Under the pieces are notes generated by a model. It was not told the DNA's origin. It was given only the letters and a program-made list of their open reading frames with translations, and made no database searches. Position numbers and translations under genes: made by a program. Below, piece by piece: positions 39,068 through 48,632 of a DNA stretch of 64,000 bases; the stretch's first letter is position 1, and the number at the start of each line of letters is the position of its first letter. The stretch lies in contig JALHMX010000012.1 of the NCBI GenBank assembly GCA_022843825.1, positions 22,185 through 86,184 on the forward strand. The letters are read 5' to 3'. The DNA comes from Pseudobdellovibrionaceae bacterium. GTDB lineage: Bacteria > Bdellovibrionota > Bdellovibrionia > Bdellovibrionales > Bdellovibrionaceae.

Positions 39068-39904
39068 ATGGGATTACGTATAGCAACAAACGTACCCGCA
39101 CTGACCGCACAGCGAAGTCTGTACTCGGTCGGAAATGCGCAGCAGACCGCGATGGCCAGACTGGCTTCCGGTTATAGAATTAACAAGGCATCCGATGATG
39201 CCGCAGGTTTAGCGATTAGCGAAAACTTGAAAGCACAGATTCGCGGTTTTAGACAAGCGAATCGAAATGCCAACGACGGGATCTCATTAGTACAGGTCGC
39301 CGAAGGTGGTATGAGCGAAGTATCAAACATGCTTATCCGATTGCGTGAATTAGCAATCCAGTCAGCATCTGATACGGTAAGCGATAAAGAACGCGCTTAT
39401 CTTGATATCGAATATCAACAGCTCAAAGAAGAGATCAACCGAACCGCAAACTCAACTCGCTTTAACGGCGTAGGTTTGATTAACGGTGAGGGTGGAATGT
39501 ATGATTTCCAAGTTGGAACTGGAAATGATGAATTCCAAGATAGAATATCCTTTGACTCATCAGTCGGTAATGCGACCCTTGAAGGTCTAGGTTTGCTTGA
39601 CGTTACTGTCATAGACAAACTCGGCGCTCAAGAAAGTTTAGCGTTCGTCGACGATGCACTTAACAGCATTAACGGTGCGAGAGCAAATTACGGCGCCCTA
39701 CAGAGCCGATTGCAATCAACCGCAGAATACTTGGGTGTGGCAGAAGAGAATTACTCAGCAGCAAATTCACGAATTCGTGATACTGATATGGCTGCAGAAT
39801 CTTCAAACTTAGCGAAAGCGAGCATCTTACAACAAGCTGCTACGTCAGTCCTAAGCCAAGCCAACACACAACAACAATTAGCGCTGAAGTTGCTTGCAGC
39901 CTAA
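39068..39904 (+). CDS. fliC: Flagellin (second tandem paralog)
   Basis: Same conserved termini (LASGYRINKASDDAAGLAI; SRIRDTDMAAESSNL). 278 aa. Confidence 0.95.
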   Translation: MGLRIATNVPALTAQRSLYSVGNAQQTAMARLASGYRINKASDDAAGLAISENLKAQIRGFRQANRNANDGISLVQVAEGGMSEVSNMLIRLRELAIQSASDTVSDKERAYLDIEYQQLKEEINRTANSTRFNGVGLINGEGGMYDFQVGTGNDEFQDRISFDSSVGNATLEGLGLLDVTVIDKLGAQESLAFVDDALNSINGARANYGALQSRLQSTAEYLGVAEENYSAANSRIRDTDMAAESSNLAKASILQQAATSVLSQANTQQQLALKLLAA

Positions 39905-39943
39905 TAGTTGAAATAAAAGATACATTTATCTCAATACCTTGTA

Positions 39944-39986
39944 CCGCAGGTTCGGAAATTTTCCGAAGCCTGCGGTTTTTATTTTT
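39944..39986 (+). terminator. Rho-independent terminator after the flagellin pair
   Basis: 12-bp GC-rich stem with one bulge (CCGCAGGTTCGG / CCGAAGCCTGCGG) followed by TTTTTATTTTT. Confidence 0.8.
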
Positions 39987-40005
39987 AAAAAGGGGTCAGG
40001 CTCCC

Positions 40006-40446
40006 TTATTTTTTGTTTTCTAAATTTTCGGCCAGCAGATTAAGTTCGTCTTTGAGTTCAATAAGGAAATCGCCTTCTCTAAGCATTGCTCGCGAGCTGT
40101 AGTTCCCGTTTTGTAACTCTTTAATATGCCGAGTAAGCGGAACTAGCGGTCCAAAGATACGATGGCTGATCTTAAGCCAAATTAAAAAGACAGTAATTAA
40201 AAATCCAATAAACGTTAGGCTCATTACATTAGTGAAGCTACTAAGGTTGTTTTGGATTGATTCAATAACTTCAATGTCTATAGAGTAAGTTTTCTGTAAA
40301 AAGCTAAGAGAGTTTTTAATGGATAACGTAAAATACCAAACTAAAAAACCTAAGGTAATAAAGGAGAAGGCAAAAAAATAAAAAGCGACCTTAAGTTGAT
40401 ACTTAGGATTGATTATAATACTGCTAAATTTTCTTTGAGATTTCAT
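40006..40446 (-). CDS. Two-TM membrane protein consisting of a HAMP domain only
   Basis: Two TM helices, then a HAMP-like segment (RIFGPLVPLTRHIKELQNGNY...ELNLLAENL), with no output domain. Confidence 0.65.
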   Translation of the reverse strand: MKSQRKFSSIIINPKYQLKVAFYFFAFSFITLGFLVWYFTLSIKNSLSFLQKTYSIDIEVIESIQNNLSSFTNVMSLTFIGFLITVFLIWLKISHRIFGPLVPLTRHIKELQNGNYSSRAMLREGDFLIELKDELNLLAENLENKK

Positions 40447-40457
40447 ACTGGTACCTT

Positions 40458-41264
40458 TTATTTAGGAATACATAATGCTCTGCACGTTTTTCCGGGGTCA
40501 CTTCCTCTGTTCCCAGATAATATCCAATTTGGTCCTACTCGCGAGACTTCACAGAAGTCTCCATTGCCCCCATTGTCTCCACCTGATGAAGATCTGCTTA
40601 AAAAACAAAATAAATATGGAGCAGCGGGAATAAGTCTTGTTTGAGTAGGACCAACGCCCGATGAACTACAACCACCGCATCCAGGAACGAAAAGATCGAA
40701 TGAAGTTGGGGGTGCTGAAGATACTTGTGAATTTGAAGCGGAACACGATTCAATTTCTTTAGCTGAGGGTAGACCTGTCGATTTAAGACTGAAAAATACT
40801 GGAATAGAAATTGGCTTTCGCGATCGCATTAAAAAATTTTGGTCTAGCTGAATTTGTATTTGTCCTGAGTATTGCAATGGAGCAATCATATGAACAGTAT
40901 CGCTTGGTATTTTTACAGATACAGGTTTTAAACTAGTCGTAGGCAAAAGAGTGCCCATTGGATTACAGCCCGATCCTTCGTATGCGTTCGGTATTGTATT
41001 TGAAAAATCGTTCCACATCTTAAGTGAGGTATTAAAAGTGTTTCCGCCGAAAAAGCATTTACAATAATCACCTTGAGACATAATACTCGTTAATAGAATC
41101 TGAGTACTTTGAATACTTAGCTTTTCATCAAGTGTACGCATTTCTTTATTTTGATTTGATATCAAAGTCATAGATGCATAGGTCAAGATAGACAGCAAAC
41201 CGAAACCTAATATAACTTCGATCATTGAAAATCCAGATTCTGATTTAGAGAACTTTGGAAGCAT
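40458..41264 (-). CDS. Prepilin-type (type IV pilin / pseudopilin-like) protein with Cys-rich C-terminal extension
   Basis: Class III signal motif SESG|FSMIEVILG with Glu at +5. Start chosen at ATG 41264 because AAGGAA lies 8 nt upstream (the ORF track starts at 41300). Confidence 0.75.
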   Translation of the reverse strand: MLPKFSKSESGFSMIEVILGFGLLSILTYASMTLISNQNKEMRTLDEKLSIQSTQILLTSIMSQGDYCKCFFGGNTFNTSLKMWNDFSNTIPNAYEGSGCNPMGTLLPTTSLKPVSVKIPSDTVHMIAPLQYSGQIQIQLDQNFLMRSRKPISIPVFFSLKSTGLPSAKEIESCSASNSQVSSAPPTSFDLFVPGCGGCSSSGVGPTQTRLIPAAPYLFCFLSRSSSGGDNGGNGDFCEVSRVGPNWILSGNRGSDPGKTCRALCIPK

Positions 41265-41353
41265 ATATTTCCTTGTTATTTTGATAGAATAGCTTCGCAA
41301 TGCTCAAAAAAACAGAAAACTTATAACTTAACTGGATTAAAGTCCTGATGTCG

Positions 41354-42244
41354 TTACTTAAACTTCCCTAGATTCGACCAAGCCCAGATCGTCATTAAGC
41401 GATTTGCTCCGGTTCTTATGGCGGCTTGAGTTTCGGTGCGGGATATGGTCAGCCAGTTTTCGGTGGATAAGATAGCTCCGCCGACGGTGTGTATGACTTT
41501 AAAATTTTCATTTGATCTTTTTTGATAGTCCAAGGATGAGGTTCCGTTAATACGGGCGTAAAGACCTACTTTTTCGGCGTCTTGGCTGAGTGGTCCGATG
41601 AAGCAACTTTGTTTTTGTTGTTCAGTAAGTAATTCAATGCTGTTTCTTCTAAAGGTGTCTAACATTACAGTTAGGCCATCGCGGAAACAAAAGGGCTCAT
41701 AGAAGCCATCAGCTGCATAGATTTTCTTTTTGTAGTCTGCGTGATATTTCAAGATATCTTCATACACAATGCCACGAACAGGGTATTGACCACCGGACTG
41801 AGTAATAATTTGCTGAGTTAATATTTTGATACAATTCAAGTTGGGTTTATTTATTTCCATGCAGGTATTAGTCATCCACTGAGACATTATGGAGTCGGAT
41901 ATTTTTAATAAGATAACAGACGAAGTCTTAGTCAGCCTTTTGCCAGCAGAATCTTTAACTTGGTATTGGCAAATCTCTAGGGGATAAGACTTCCAATCCT
42001 GAACGCCGTACTTAGACAAATCGCTATCAGCTAGGTCCTTACAGTTTTTTCGCATATAGCTGGTTCTTAAGATTCGACTTTGAGTTGCGCCAGTTTTTAC
42101 GTCCTTCATCTTAAGATACGAACTGGTTAGATTTAGTAATTCGAGTTGATTGCGTGACGTAAGGTCATCATTGGCTAAAGCTATGGTAGGCGTAAGGCCA
42201 AAGGCAGCAAGTATTAATAGCTTTAAAATATTATTATTTTTCAT
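41354..42244 (-). CDS. Secreted hypothetical protein
   Basis: 296 aa with a signal peptide (LILAAFGLTPTIALA) and several Cys residues. No recognised domain. Confidence 0.55.
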   Translation of the reverse strand: MKNNNILKLLILAAFGLTPTIALANDDLTSRNQLELLNLTSSYLKMKDVKTGATQSRILRTSYMRKNCKDLADSDLSKYGVQDWKSYPLEICQYQVKDSAGKRLTKTSSVILLKISDSIMSQWMTNTCMEINKPNLNCIKILTQQIITQSGGQYPVRGIVYEDILKYHADYKKKIYAADGFYEPFCFRDGLTVMLDTFRRNSIELLTEQQKQSCFIGPLSQDAEKVGLYARINGTSSLDYQKRSNENFKVIHTVGGAILSTENWLTISRTETQAAIRTGANRLMTIWAWSNLGKFK

Positions 42245-42450
42245 ATATATAGACAGGCGATGCCAGACCTATGCCGCCTATTAATATATATAGACGTTTG
42301 CAAGCGCGATTGTCTCAAAATAGGCCGCCTTAGTTGTCGCCGTGTAAACTTATTAAACACAGTTGGGCATTCAAAAGCGTCTGATTTGATTTCAGTTGGA
42401 ATAGTCTTCGCAAAGTTGTTTCGAAGTAATACTTTTTTTGAGGAGACTTT

Positions 42451-43782
42451 ATGAAAAAGCCGAATTATTCGCACGTTGCTCGCTTTGCCTTGGGTATAGC
42501 TCTGACCACTTTCATTTTTAGCTGTGGGGCAGGAGGATTACCTCCTCAAGATGATTTATCGTATTTTGGTGAAGTGGCTCATGAAGCTGAGTATTCCTTA
42601 GACGCTCATTTAATAATGACGAGCGCTACTCAACAAAGACCGACATCAGCTGTCGCGACCAGAGAAGTGAGAAATGCTGCTAAGTATGCGATGGGACACA
42701 TGCGTAGCGATGGATCTATCAGTTATGGATTTAAGACAACAATTAAAAGCATTGATGCAGTTTCTGCAAAAACTTTCAAAATAACATACAATATATCGGG
42801 AAAAGCAGTCTTAAAAAAATTGTACTCAAAATATTATAATTTCATTGTGCCAGTGTACCCACAGTCAATGCATGCCTTAGCGGAAGGCAAATGTTTTGCA
42901 AAGGACTATGCAGCCGATAAATCAACTTTTTGGTATCACTGGGATACTCAAAAAGAAGGCTGTCCATTAGTTGAAGGCGAACACTATCTAAAAGTAAAAA
43001 CGGATCTAAAGGTTTTAGATCAAAAAGAAACAACATATCCAGAGTATGAAAGATTGATGGTTAATAATACTTTAACTATGACGATGCTTTTTGGAGCAGA
43101 TGCTTATGGCAATAAAAATTGGAATCCAAATGACCAAGAAAATACTGACTGGGGAGCGCGCGGTTACCGTCAAGCAAGAAGTTATTTAAAACAGTTAGGA
43201 TATGCAGATCGTAGATATGAGGAAGCTGAATTACGACAGATTTATAATCCAAAAAATGCTGCGAAACTTCCATTCGCTGAAGAAATGACAAAAGAACTTA
43301 ACGGGAAAAAGGTACAGATAAGATTGGTATTTTTAGATACTCATGTAAGTGCAACAGAAGCTAGTGAAGCATTTCACTACTTCTTTAGAAGAGCCTTAAG
43401 AACAGATTCAGTCGTATTATATAATGGACACTCAGGTATGGGTTCAAATTTAGATTTAGATCGCTTAGAAGCTCAACGTGGATTTAAAATTCCATTTAAT
43501 CCAAATTATCAAATCGTATTTATGGGAAGCTGTATTCCGTATGCGTACTACTCAGATATGTATTTTAAGCGAAAAATCACTGCACAAGATCCAAAAGGAA
43601 CAAAAAACTTAGATATTTTGGCATACGCTAAAGAGTCTTACTTTGGAACTAAAGAAAACGAGTACTTAGTTAGAGCATTGGATTTATATGCTTTTACTGG
43701 CCACAAAATGAGTTATCAAGAATTAATTACTGCTACGCCAGTTGATCTATACGGCGTGCTCGGTGATGAAGACAATAATTAG
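42451..43782 (+). CDS. Lipoprotein with possible clan-CD (caspase/gingipain-like) His-Cys dyad
   Basis: Lipobox IFSCG. VVLYNGH(327)SG and QIVFMGSC(361)IPY each follow a hydrophobic strand, 34 residues apart. Confidence 0.5.
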   Translation: MKKPNYSHVARFALGIALTTFIFSCGAGGLPPQDDLSYFGEVAHEAEYSLDAHLIMTSATQQRPTSAVATREVRNAAKYAMGHMRSDGSISYGFKTTIKSIDAVSAKTFKITYNISGKAVLKKLYSKYYNFIVPVYPQSMHALAEGKCFAKDYAADKSTFWYHWDTQKEGCPLVEGEHYLKVKTDLKVLDQKETTYPEYERLMVNNTLTMTMLFGADAYGNKNWNPNDQENTDWGARGYRQARSYLKQLGYADRRYEEAELRQIYNPKNAAKLPFAEEMTKELNGKKVQIRLVFLDTHVSATEASEAFHYFFRRALRTDSVVLYNGHSGMGSNLDLDRLEAQRGFKIPFNPNYQIVFMGSCIPYAYYSDMYFKRKITAQDPKGTKNLDILAYAKESYFGTKENEYLVRALDLYAFTGHKMSYQELITATPVDLYGVLGDEDNN

Positions 43783-43810
43783 AATTAGTTTATTTAATAA
43801 AGGAGATCTT

Positions 43811-44095
43811 ATGAAAAAAATGATTATAGCAGCTTTGATGATGATGATGACCTCAATGGCTTTTGCACAACAGTTTACGGGAAAAGTTGTTAGCGTTATT
43901 CCTGAAGAAGAAGGCGTTAAAGTTATTTTAGAATCAGAGAAAGGGCATTCTTCATTGTTTTCTGTACGAGGATCAACTAATCATGAAGAAATTAAATCTG
44001 CCGCAGAGTCCGCATTATTGACAGGAAAACCTGTAAATATTCGTGCACTTAAAAAAAATAGTCTTACTGAAATCATAAGCGTAAAAGGACAATAG
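43811..44095 (+). CDS. Small secreted hypothetical protein
   Basis: Start at ATG 43811 is preceded by AGGAG (43801-43805). Signal peptide MKKMIIAALMMMMTSMAFA. Confidence 0.55.
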   Translation: MKKMIIAALMMMMTSMAFAQQFTGKVVSVIPEEEGVKVILESEKGHSSLFSVRGSTNHEEIKSAAESALLTGKPVNIRALKKNSLTEIISVKGQ

Positions 44096-44103
44096 GTTTT
44101 ATT

Positions 44104-45636
44104 ATGAAAAAATTATTTATACCACTAGCCTCTATTATAACATCTGTTCTGATAACAGTACCTGCGCACGCACAAGTAACTCAGACTGTAATGGATCAGT
44201 ATTCGCAATCAGTTCAGCTGTCTCAGGGGCAACTTAAAATTAGTAAAATTCAAGACCTAGTTCTCGCCGCCGAAACTCATGGAATGATTTATTCTTTATA
44301 CTTTTCAAAAAATGTCGAAAACGAGTTGCAAAGCTTAGCTGCTGCGAATAACATTGCTGTTTTAGACGTAAAATTAAGTGCTATTGTAAATCGCCTTGCA
44401 AGTGATTTATCTCGTGGTCGCGTTTTACCTAATACTATTGCGGGAAAATCATATATTGCTCCAAAGGCATTTGCTCATAAGATGATTGCAGATAGCTATC
44501 TAAATGGTTCTATGTCTGCAGAGCAATTTATATCTACTGTTACTCCTAAAAATCGCATATATAACGAAGCACAGGCTATTGTAAAAAGATTAGTTGAGCT
44601 GAAAAGAAATGGCCAGTGGGCAACGAAGCCCGCGAATCTAACATTGGCTACAGTTAGCAAAAAAACAACGAATGCGGCGTTGATTCTGTATTTGCGCGCG
44701 AAGCTCGACAATTTTGGTTATATCAATAATATTAGTAATCCTGTTTTTGATTCGGAGCTTGATAATGCCATTCGATCTTTCCAAGCTGATAACGGTGTTG
44801 GAATAGATGGAGCTATCGGAACGCAAGTGGGCTGGAAGTATTTAGACAAGTCTATAGATCAACTAATAACTCAGGCTATTTTAAATTTGGACCGCACCCG
44901 CTGGCTACCTAACCAAAATGCAGCAGAATATATTTTTGTTAACTTAGCTCGTCAGTGGTTACAGTATTTTGAAAACGAATACGAGACATTGTCGATGAAA
45001 ACAATAGTTGGGCGCTTAGATCGTCAAACTCCTATGATGGTTGATGTGTCAAAGCACGTTGTTTACAATCCAACATGGACTGTGCCAAGTGGAATTTTTG
45101 CTAAAGATAAATTGAAAGAGTTGCAAAAAGATCCGGGATATCCATTACGTCATAATATGAAGGTGATCAGTGATATAACTAAAAAAGAAGTTGATCCATT
45201 CACTGTTAATTGGAATGCACCGGCTTCATCTTTACCTTATAGCTTAGTACAAGGGCCTGGTCCTACTAATGCGTTAGGATTTATTAAGTTTCCACTTACT
45301 AATGGCAGCGCGATTTATTTGCATGACACTAACGATAGATACTTGTTTAATGAGGCCAATCGCTTGCGAAGTTCTGGTTGCGTTCGCGTAGAACGTCCAT
45401 TCGAACTAGGAGAGAAGCTTCTAAAAGGAACTAAGTGGAATGCGTCTAGCTTGCAACAAGTTTCCGAGTTCTCACCGGTTCAGGCCACTACTCAAACGTG
45501 GTTAACGTTAAAACGGAATGTACCTGTATACTTGTTTTATCAAACATCAACTCTAAGCGGTGGAAAACTGATTTCATCAAACGATCCTTACGGTGTTGAT
45601 GCTGAAATGTACAAGGTTTTGGTTTCGGGTAAATAA
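44104..45636 (+). CDS. L,D-transpeptidase (YcbB/LdtD-like; PG-binding plus YkuD domain)
   Basis: PG_binding_1-like segment (AIRSFQADNGVGIDGAIG) and the YkuD catalytic motif IYLHDTN...SSGCVRV. Confidence 0.85.
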   Translation: MKKLFIPLASIITSVLITVPAHAQVTQTVMDQYSQSVQLSQGQLKISKIQDLVLAAETHGMIYSLYFSKNVENELQSLAAANNIAVLDVKLSAIVNRLASDLSRGRVLPNTIAGKSYIAPKAFAHKMIADSYLNGSMSAEQFISTVTPKNRIYNEAQAIVKRLVELKRNGQWATKPANLTLATVSKKTTNAALILYLRAKLDNFGYINNISNPVFDSELDNAIRSFQADNGVGIDGAIGTQVGWKYLDKSIDQLITQAILNLDRTRWLPNQNAAEYIFVNLARQWLQYFENEYETLSMKTIVGRLDRQTPMMVDVSKHVVYNPTWTVPSGIFAKDKLKELQKDPGYPLRHNMKVISDITKKEVDPFTVNWNAPASSLPYSLVQGPGPTNALGFIKFPLTNGSAIYLHDTNDRYLFNEANRLRSSGCVRVERPFELGEKLLKGTKWNASSLQQVSEFSPVQATTQTWLTLKRNVPVYLFYQTSTLSGGKLISSNDPYGVDAEMYKVLVSGK

Positions 45637-45670
45637 TTTCCCAGGCTTCAGTCTGAAGTAGACATCTTGA

Positions 45671-45706
45671 AAAAGGCGCACGATTTATTGTGCGCCTTTT
45701 TTATTT
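45671..45706 (+). terminator. Rho-independent terminator
   Basis: AAAAGGCGCAC-loop-GTGCGCCTTTT followed by TTATTT. Confidence 0.8.
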
Positions 45707-45815
45707 AGAGGACTTTTAGGACTATATCAGACTGACTTTTCTGCCTAAAGCTATTGCTCTGGACGTATAACACCTATAAAAACTATTTCTAGACATTTAA
45801 AGACCAAAGTAAGCC

Positions 45816-46751
45816 TTACTTTTTAGCGCAGTTTTCAAAATTTGAGAGGTCGCCCTTCTCTATCAAAGAAAAACAGCTAAGGAAAATTTCTTTGTTTGAA
45901 TCCAAAAACTGAGGATCGGCAAAGGCAGAGATATGCCGACCGCCTTCATTAAGCACTAAAACTTTCTTACCTGGCCAGCGATTAAAGTTATTAATGCCGT
46001 TTTCCTTTTTGATAAGTGTGTCTGCAGTACCGTGAAAAAAAATGACGGGTAGAGCAGGTGTTTTTTCATATTGAGCTTCTGCGCTAAAGGTGTCATTGAT
46101 TGCTAAGTAGGAAAAAGGCATCAAAGGATATAAGAACCATTGCTGCGATAAAGCAGATCTGGCTGCCGCTTGATAAGATGTGAATGAAGAATCTAAAATG
46201 ACTAAGTCAGGATAAAGCTTTGAATCTAGATCTTGCAAAACTCGCATTAAAACGTTCGATCCCAAGCTTTGCCCTATAGCGATGATTTTTTGTGACTTAA
46301 AGCTTTTGTGGATGTAGCTAAAGACGGCAAGTCCATCCTTAACTGTTTTTTCCTGAGTGGCGTACTGATCTGAGCTTTTTCCGTAACCACGATAATCAAA
46401 TATTATATAATCGAATCCAAAGGTGGTGACCCATCGAAAAAAATTAAAATGAGTCGTCAAATTTTCACCATTACCATGAAAATGTACAACTAAGCCTTTA
46501 GTCATTTTTGACTGAGCGGGAAAGTGCCACGCATGCAGAAAACCTATTTGCTGTTCAGAGTTGGGAGTTATATAAACAGGTATCGTCAGGTCCAACGGTG
46601 GTGGAGTTAGAAACTTTTTGGATACAAAGGTCTCTCGCGATGCGGGGTATAACAGATGATTGCAGCTAGTAAAGCTAAGGGCGGACCCTAAAGTCGATAA
46701 AACCAATATAATCCGTCGATACCAAGGACTGTATCTAAGTCGCTTTTTCAT
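45816..46751 (-). CDS. Alpha/beta hydrolase family protein
   Basis: HFHGNGENL oxyanion region and nucleophile elbow GQSLGS, plus a C-terminal HGTADT and a His region. Confidence 0.8.
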   Translation of the reverse strand: MKKRLRYSPWYRRIILVLSTLGSALSFTSCNHLLYPASRETFVSKKFLTPPPLDLTIPVYITPNSEQQIGFLHAWHFPAQSKMTKGLVVHFHGNGENLTTHFNFFRWVTTFGFDYIIFDYRGYGKSSDQYATQEKTVKDGLAVFSYIHKSFKSQKIIAIGQSLGSNVLMRVLQDLDSKLYPDLVILDSSFTSYQAAARSALSQQWFLYPLMPFSYLAINDTFSAEAQYEKTPALPVIFFHGTADTLIKKENGINNFNRWPGKKVLVLNEGGRHISAFADPQFLDSNKEIFLSCFSLIEKGDLSNFENCAKK

Positions 46752-46832
46752 AAGATCAGTGAAGCTCTAAATGATTAGTAGTTCAATATTTATTTTCTGT
46801 ATGTTAAGCTATGGAAAGCATAAGGAATTGAC

Positions 46833-48194
46833 ATGAATAAAATGAATCTAAAAACAAGTCGAAGACCTACAGAGAATCCTGAGATTTTTAAGGCGCGTCG
46901 TGCAAAAGTAGCTAAGGCTATTTTGGGTAAAGACGGTGACACAACGGCACTTTTGGTGGCCTCTCATCCAGAGCTGATCAGAAACTATGATGTTCATTAT
47001 TTATATAGACAAGATTCTAATATGTACTACCTGACTGGGTTTGAAGAGCCTGAAAGTGTTTTACTTCTACGCCCTGGAAAAACCCCTGAATCAGTTATGT
47101 TTGTGCGCAACAAAGACGTAGAGAGAGAAACTTGGGATGGTTTTCGCTATGGACCTGAAGGAACTAAAAAAGAATATGGAATCGATGAAGTTTTTTCAAT
47201 AGACGATTTTCCTAAAAAATCTGTCGAACTTTTATCAGGATATGAAAGTATTTATTACCGCCTATTTAAAAATAAAGATGCAGATCATCACGTTGAAAAA
47301 ATGTTAACTGATTTAAGACTTTCAAGTGGCCGATCAGGCTACGGAATTCTTACAATAAAAGATGCTGATACTTTACTGGGAGAGTTTCGATTAATTAAAG
47401 ATCAGACTGACTTAGCTAATTTGCGCAAAGCTTGCGAGATTTCAGCTGTGGCCCACGTTGCTGCTATGAAAGGTACAAAGCCCGGTATGACAGAACGTCA
47501 GATTCAAGCTTTAATGACAGCTGAATTTTATAAACAGGGAGCCGCGCGCGAGGGCTATAACTTTATTATTGCCAGCGGCAATAGTGCGACGACTTTGCAT
47601 TATAATTTTAACGATCAAGTGTGTGAAGACGGCGAATTATTACTTATTGATGCGGGAGCTGAGTATAACTATTACACTGGCGATATTACCCGCACCTATC
47701 CAGTCAATGGTAAATTTTCAGAAGCACAGAAAAAAGTGTATGCAGGTGTTCTTAAAGTTCAAAAAGAAATTATTAATTTTGTTAAGCCTGGTATTTTCTT
47801 TAAAGATTTGCACGATATGGGAACGAGCTTGCTTGTGGATCTAATGTTTGAGCTTAATTTGGTTCGCGGTCGTAAAGAAGATGTTATTAAATCCTTAGAG
47901 CATAAGAAATATTATCCGCATGGTGTAGGTCATTGGCTAGGAATGGATGTTCATGATGCTGGATTATATCACATTAAAGGAAAGCCGCGACCTTTAGAGC
48001 CCGGTATGACTTTTACTGTAGAGCCAGGACTTTATGTTCCAGGGACCGATACCTCGGCCCCTGCCGAGCTGCGCGGAATTGGGGTACGTATCGAGGACAA
48101 TGTCATTGTGACCGAAAAGGGTTGCGAAGTGATGACCTCCGGGGTTCCTAAAGAGATTGAAGAAATTGAAGCCATTGTAGGACGCGGAAATTAG
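46833..48194 (+). CDS. pepP: Xaa-Pro aminopeptidase (M24B, PepP-like)
   Basis: AMP_N N-domain (YRQDSNMYYLTGF) and M24 metal ligands (DAGAEY...GDITRT, HGVGHWLGMDVHD, EPG, IRIED). Confidence 0.9.
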   Translation: MNKMNLKTSRRPTENPEIFKARRAKVAKAILGKDGDTTALLVASHPELIRNYDVHYLYRQDSNMYYLTGFEEPESVLLLRPGKTPESVMFVRNKDVERETWDGFRYGPEGTKKEYGIDEVFSIDDFPKKSVELLSGYESIYYRLFKNKDADHHVEKMLTDLRLSSGRSGYGILTIKDADTLLGEFRLIKDQTDLANLRKACEISAVAHVAAMKGTKPGMTERQIQALMTAEFYKQGAAREGYNFIIASGNSATTLHYNFNDQVCEDGELLLIDAGAEYNYYTGDITRTYPVNGKFSEAQKKVYAGVLKVQKEIINFVKPGIFFKDLHDMGTSLLVDLMFELNLVRGRKEDVIKSLEHKKYYPHGVGHWLGMDVHDAGLYHIKGKPRPLEPGMTFTVEPGLYVPGTDTSAPAELRGIGVRIEDNVIVTEKGCEVMTSGVPKEIEEIEAIVGRGN

Positions 48195-48245
48195 GTACCA
48201 GTTCCCTTTTTGTACTGCTTTGCGATACCAAAAGGGAACTGGTAC
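48194..48245. repeat. REP-like palindromic element (diverged family member) between convergent stop codons
   Basis: GGTACCAGTTCCCTTTT...AAAAGGGAACTGGTAC. It has the same length and a related loop (TGC-NN-TGC) as the 56993-57053 element. Confidence 0.7.
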
Positions 48246-48248
48246 TTA

Positions 48249-48632
48249 TCAGTTTTCGATACTGAGATTTTCCTCTTGAATCAAATTCTGAGTGTTAATA
48301 TCAAACAAAAGAAGTTGCACAACTAGAGGTGCTTGGTTGTCTTCTTCATTAGTAAATAAATTCATTTCTAAATAAACATCTGATTCAGGATCTAATTTTA
48401 TTTTCATTTTTTGTATTTGCTTGATGTCGATTTGATATTTGTGTTTAGCGTCTTTAATGTAGTTTCGGACTTCGACTCGTGCTGGTGTTTTCAAAGCTGA
48501 GATTTGTTGTTTTATTTTTTGAATCATTTGGTTCTGCATGCTTGTGGCCCTTGGGCCGGCATCCACACTTTTCTTGTACATGTAAAATGTCATACCTATT
48601 AAAAGAAATAGAACAGCAATAAGGGGCTTCAT
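48249..48632 (-). CDS. Membrane-anchored hypothetical protein
   Basis: 127 aa with an N-terminal TM helix. Its ATG directly abuts the stop of the upstream HAD gene (TAAATG). Confidence 0.5.
   Translation of the reverse strand: MKPLIAVLFLLIGMTFYMYKKSVDAGPRATSMQNQMIQKIKQQISALKTPARVEVRNYIKDAKHKYQIDIKQIQKMKIKLDPESDVYLEMNLFTNEEDNQAPLVVQLLLFDINTQNLIQEENLSIEN

Noticed and set aside
40396-40644. 82-aa plus-strand ORF
   Set aside because: It is antisense across the junction of the HAMP and pilin-like genes, and neither a signal nor a motif supports it.
42241-42474. ORFs 42241-42474 (minus) and 42260-42454 (plus) in the divergent intergenic region
   Set aside because: They mutually overlap on opposite strands with Arg/Cys-rich odd composition and no RBS. 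The region is better explained as promoter space.
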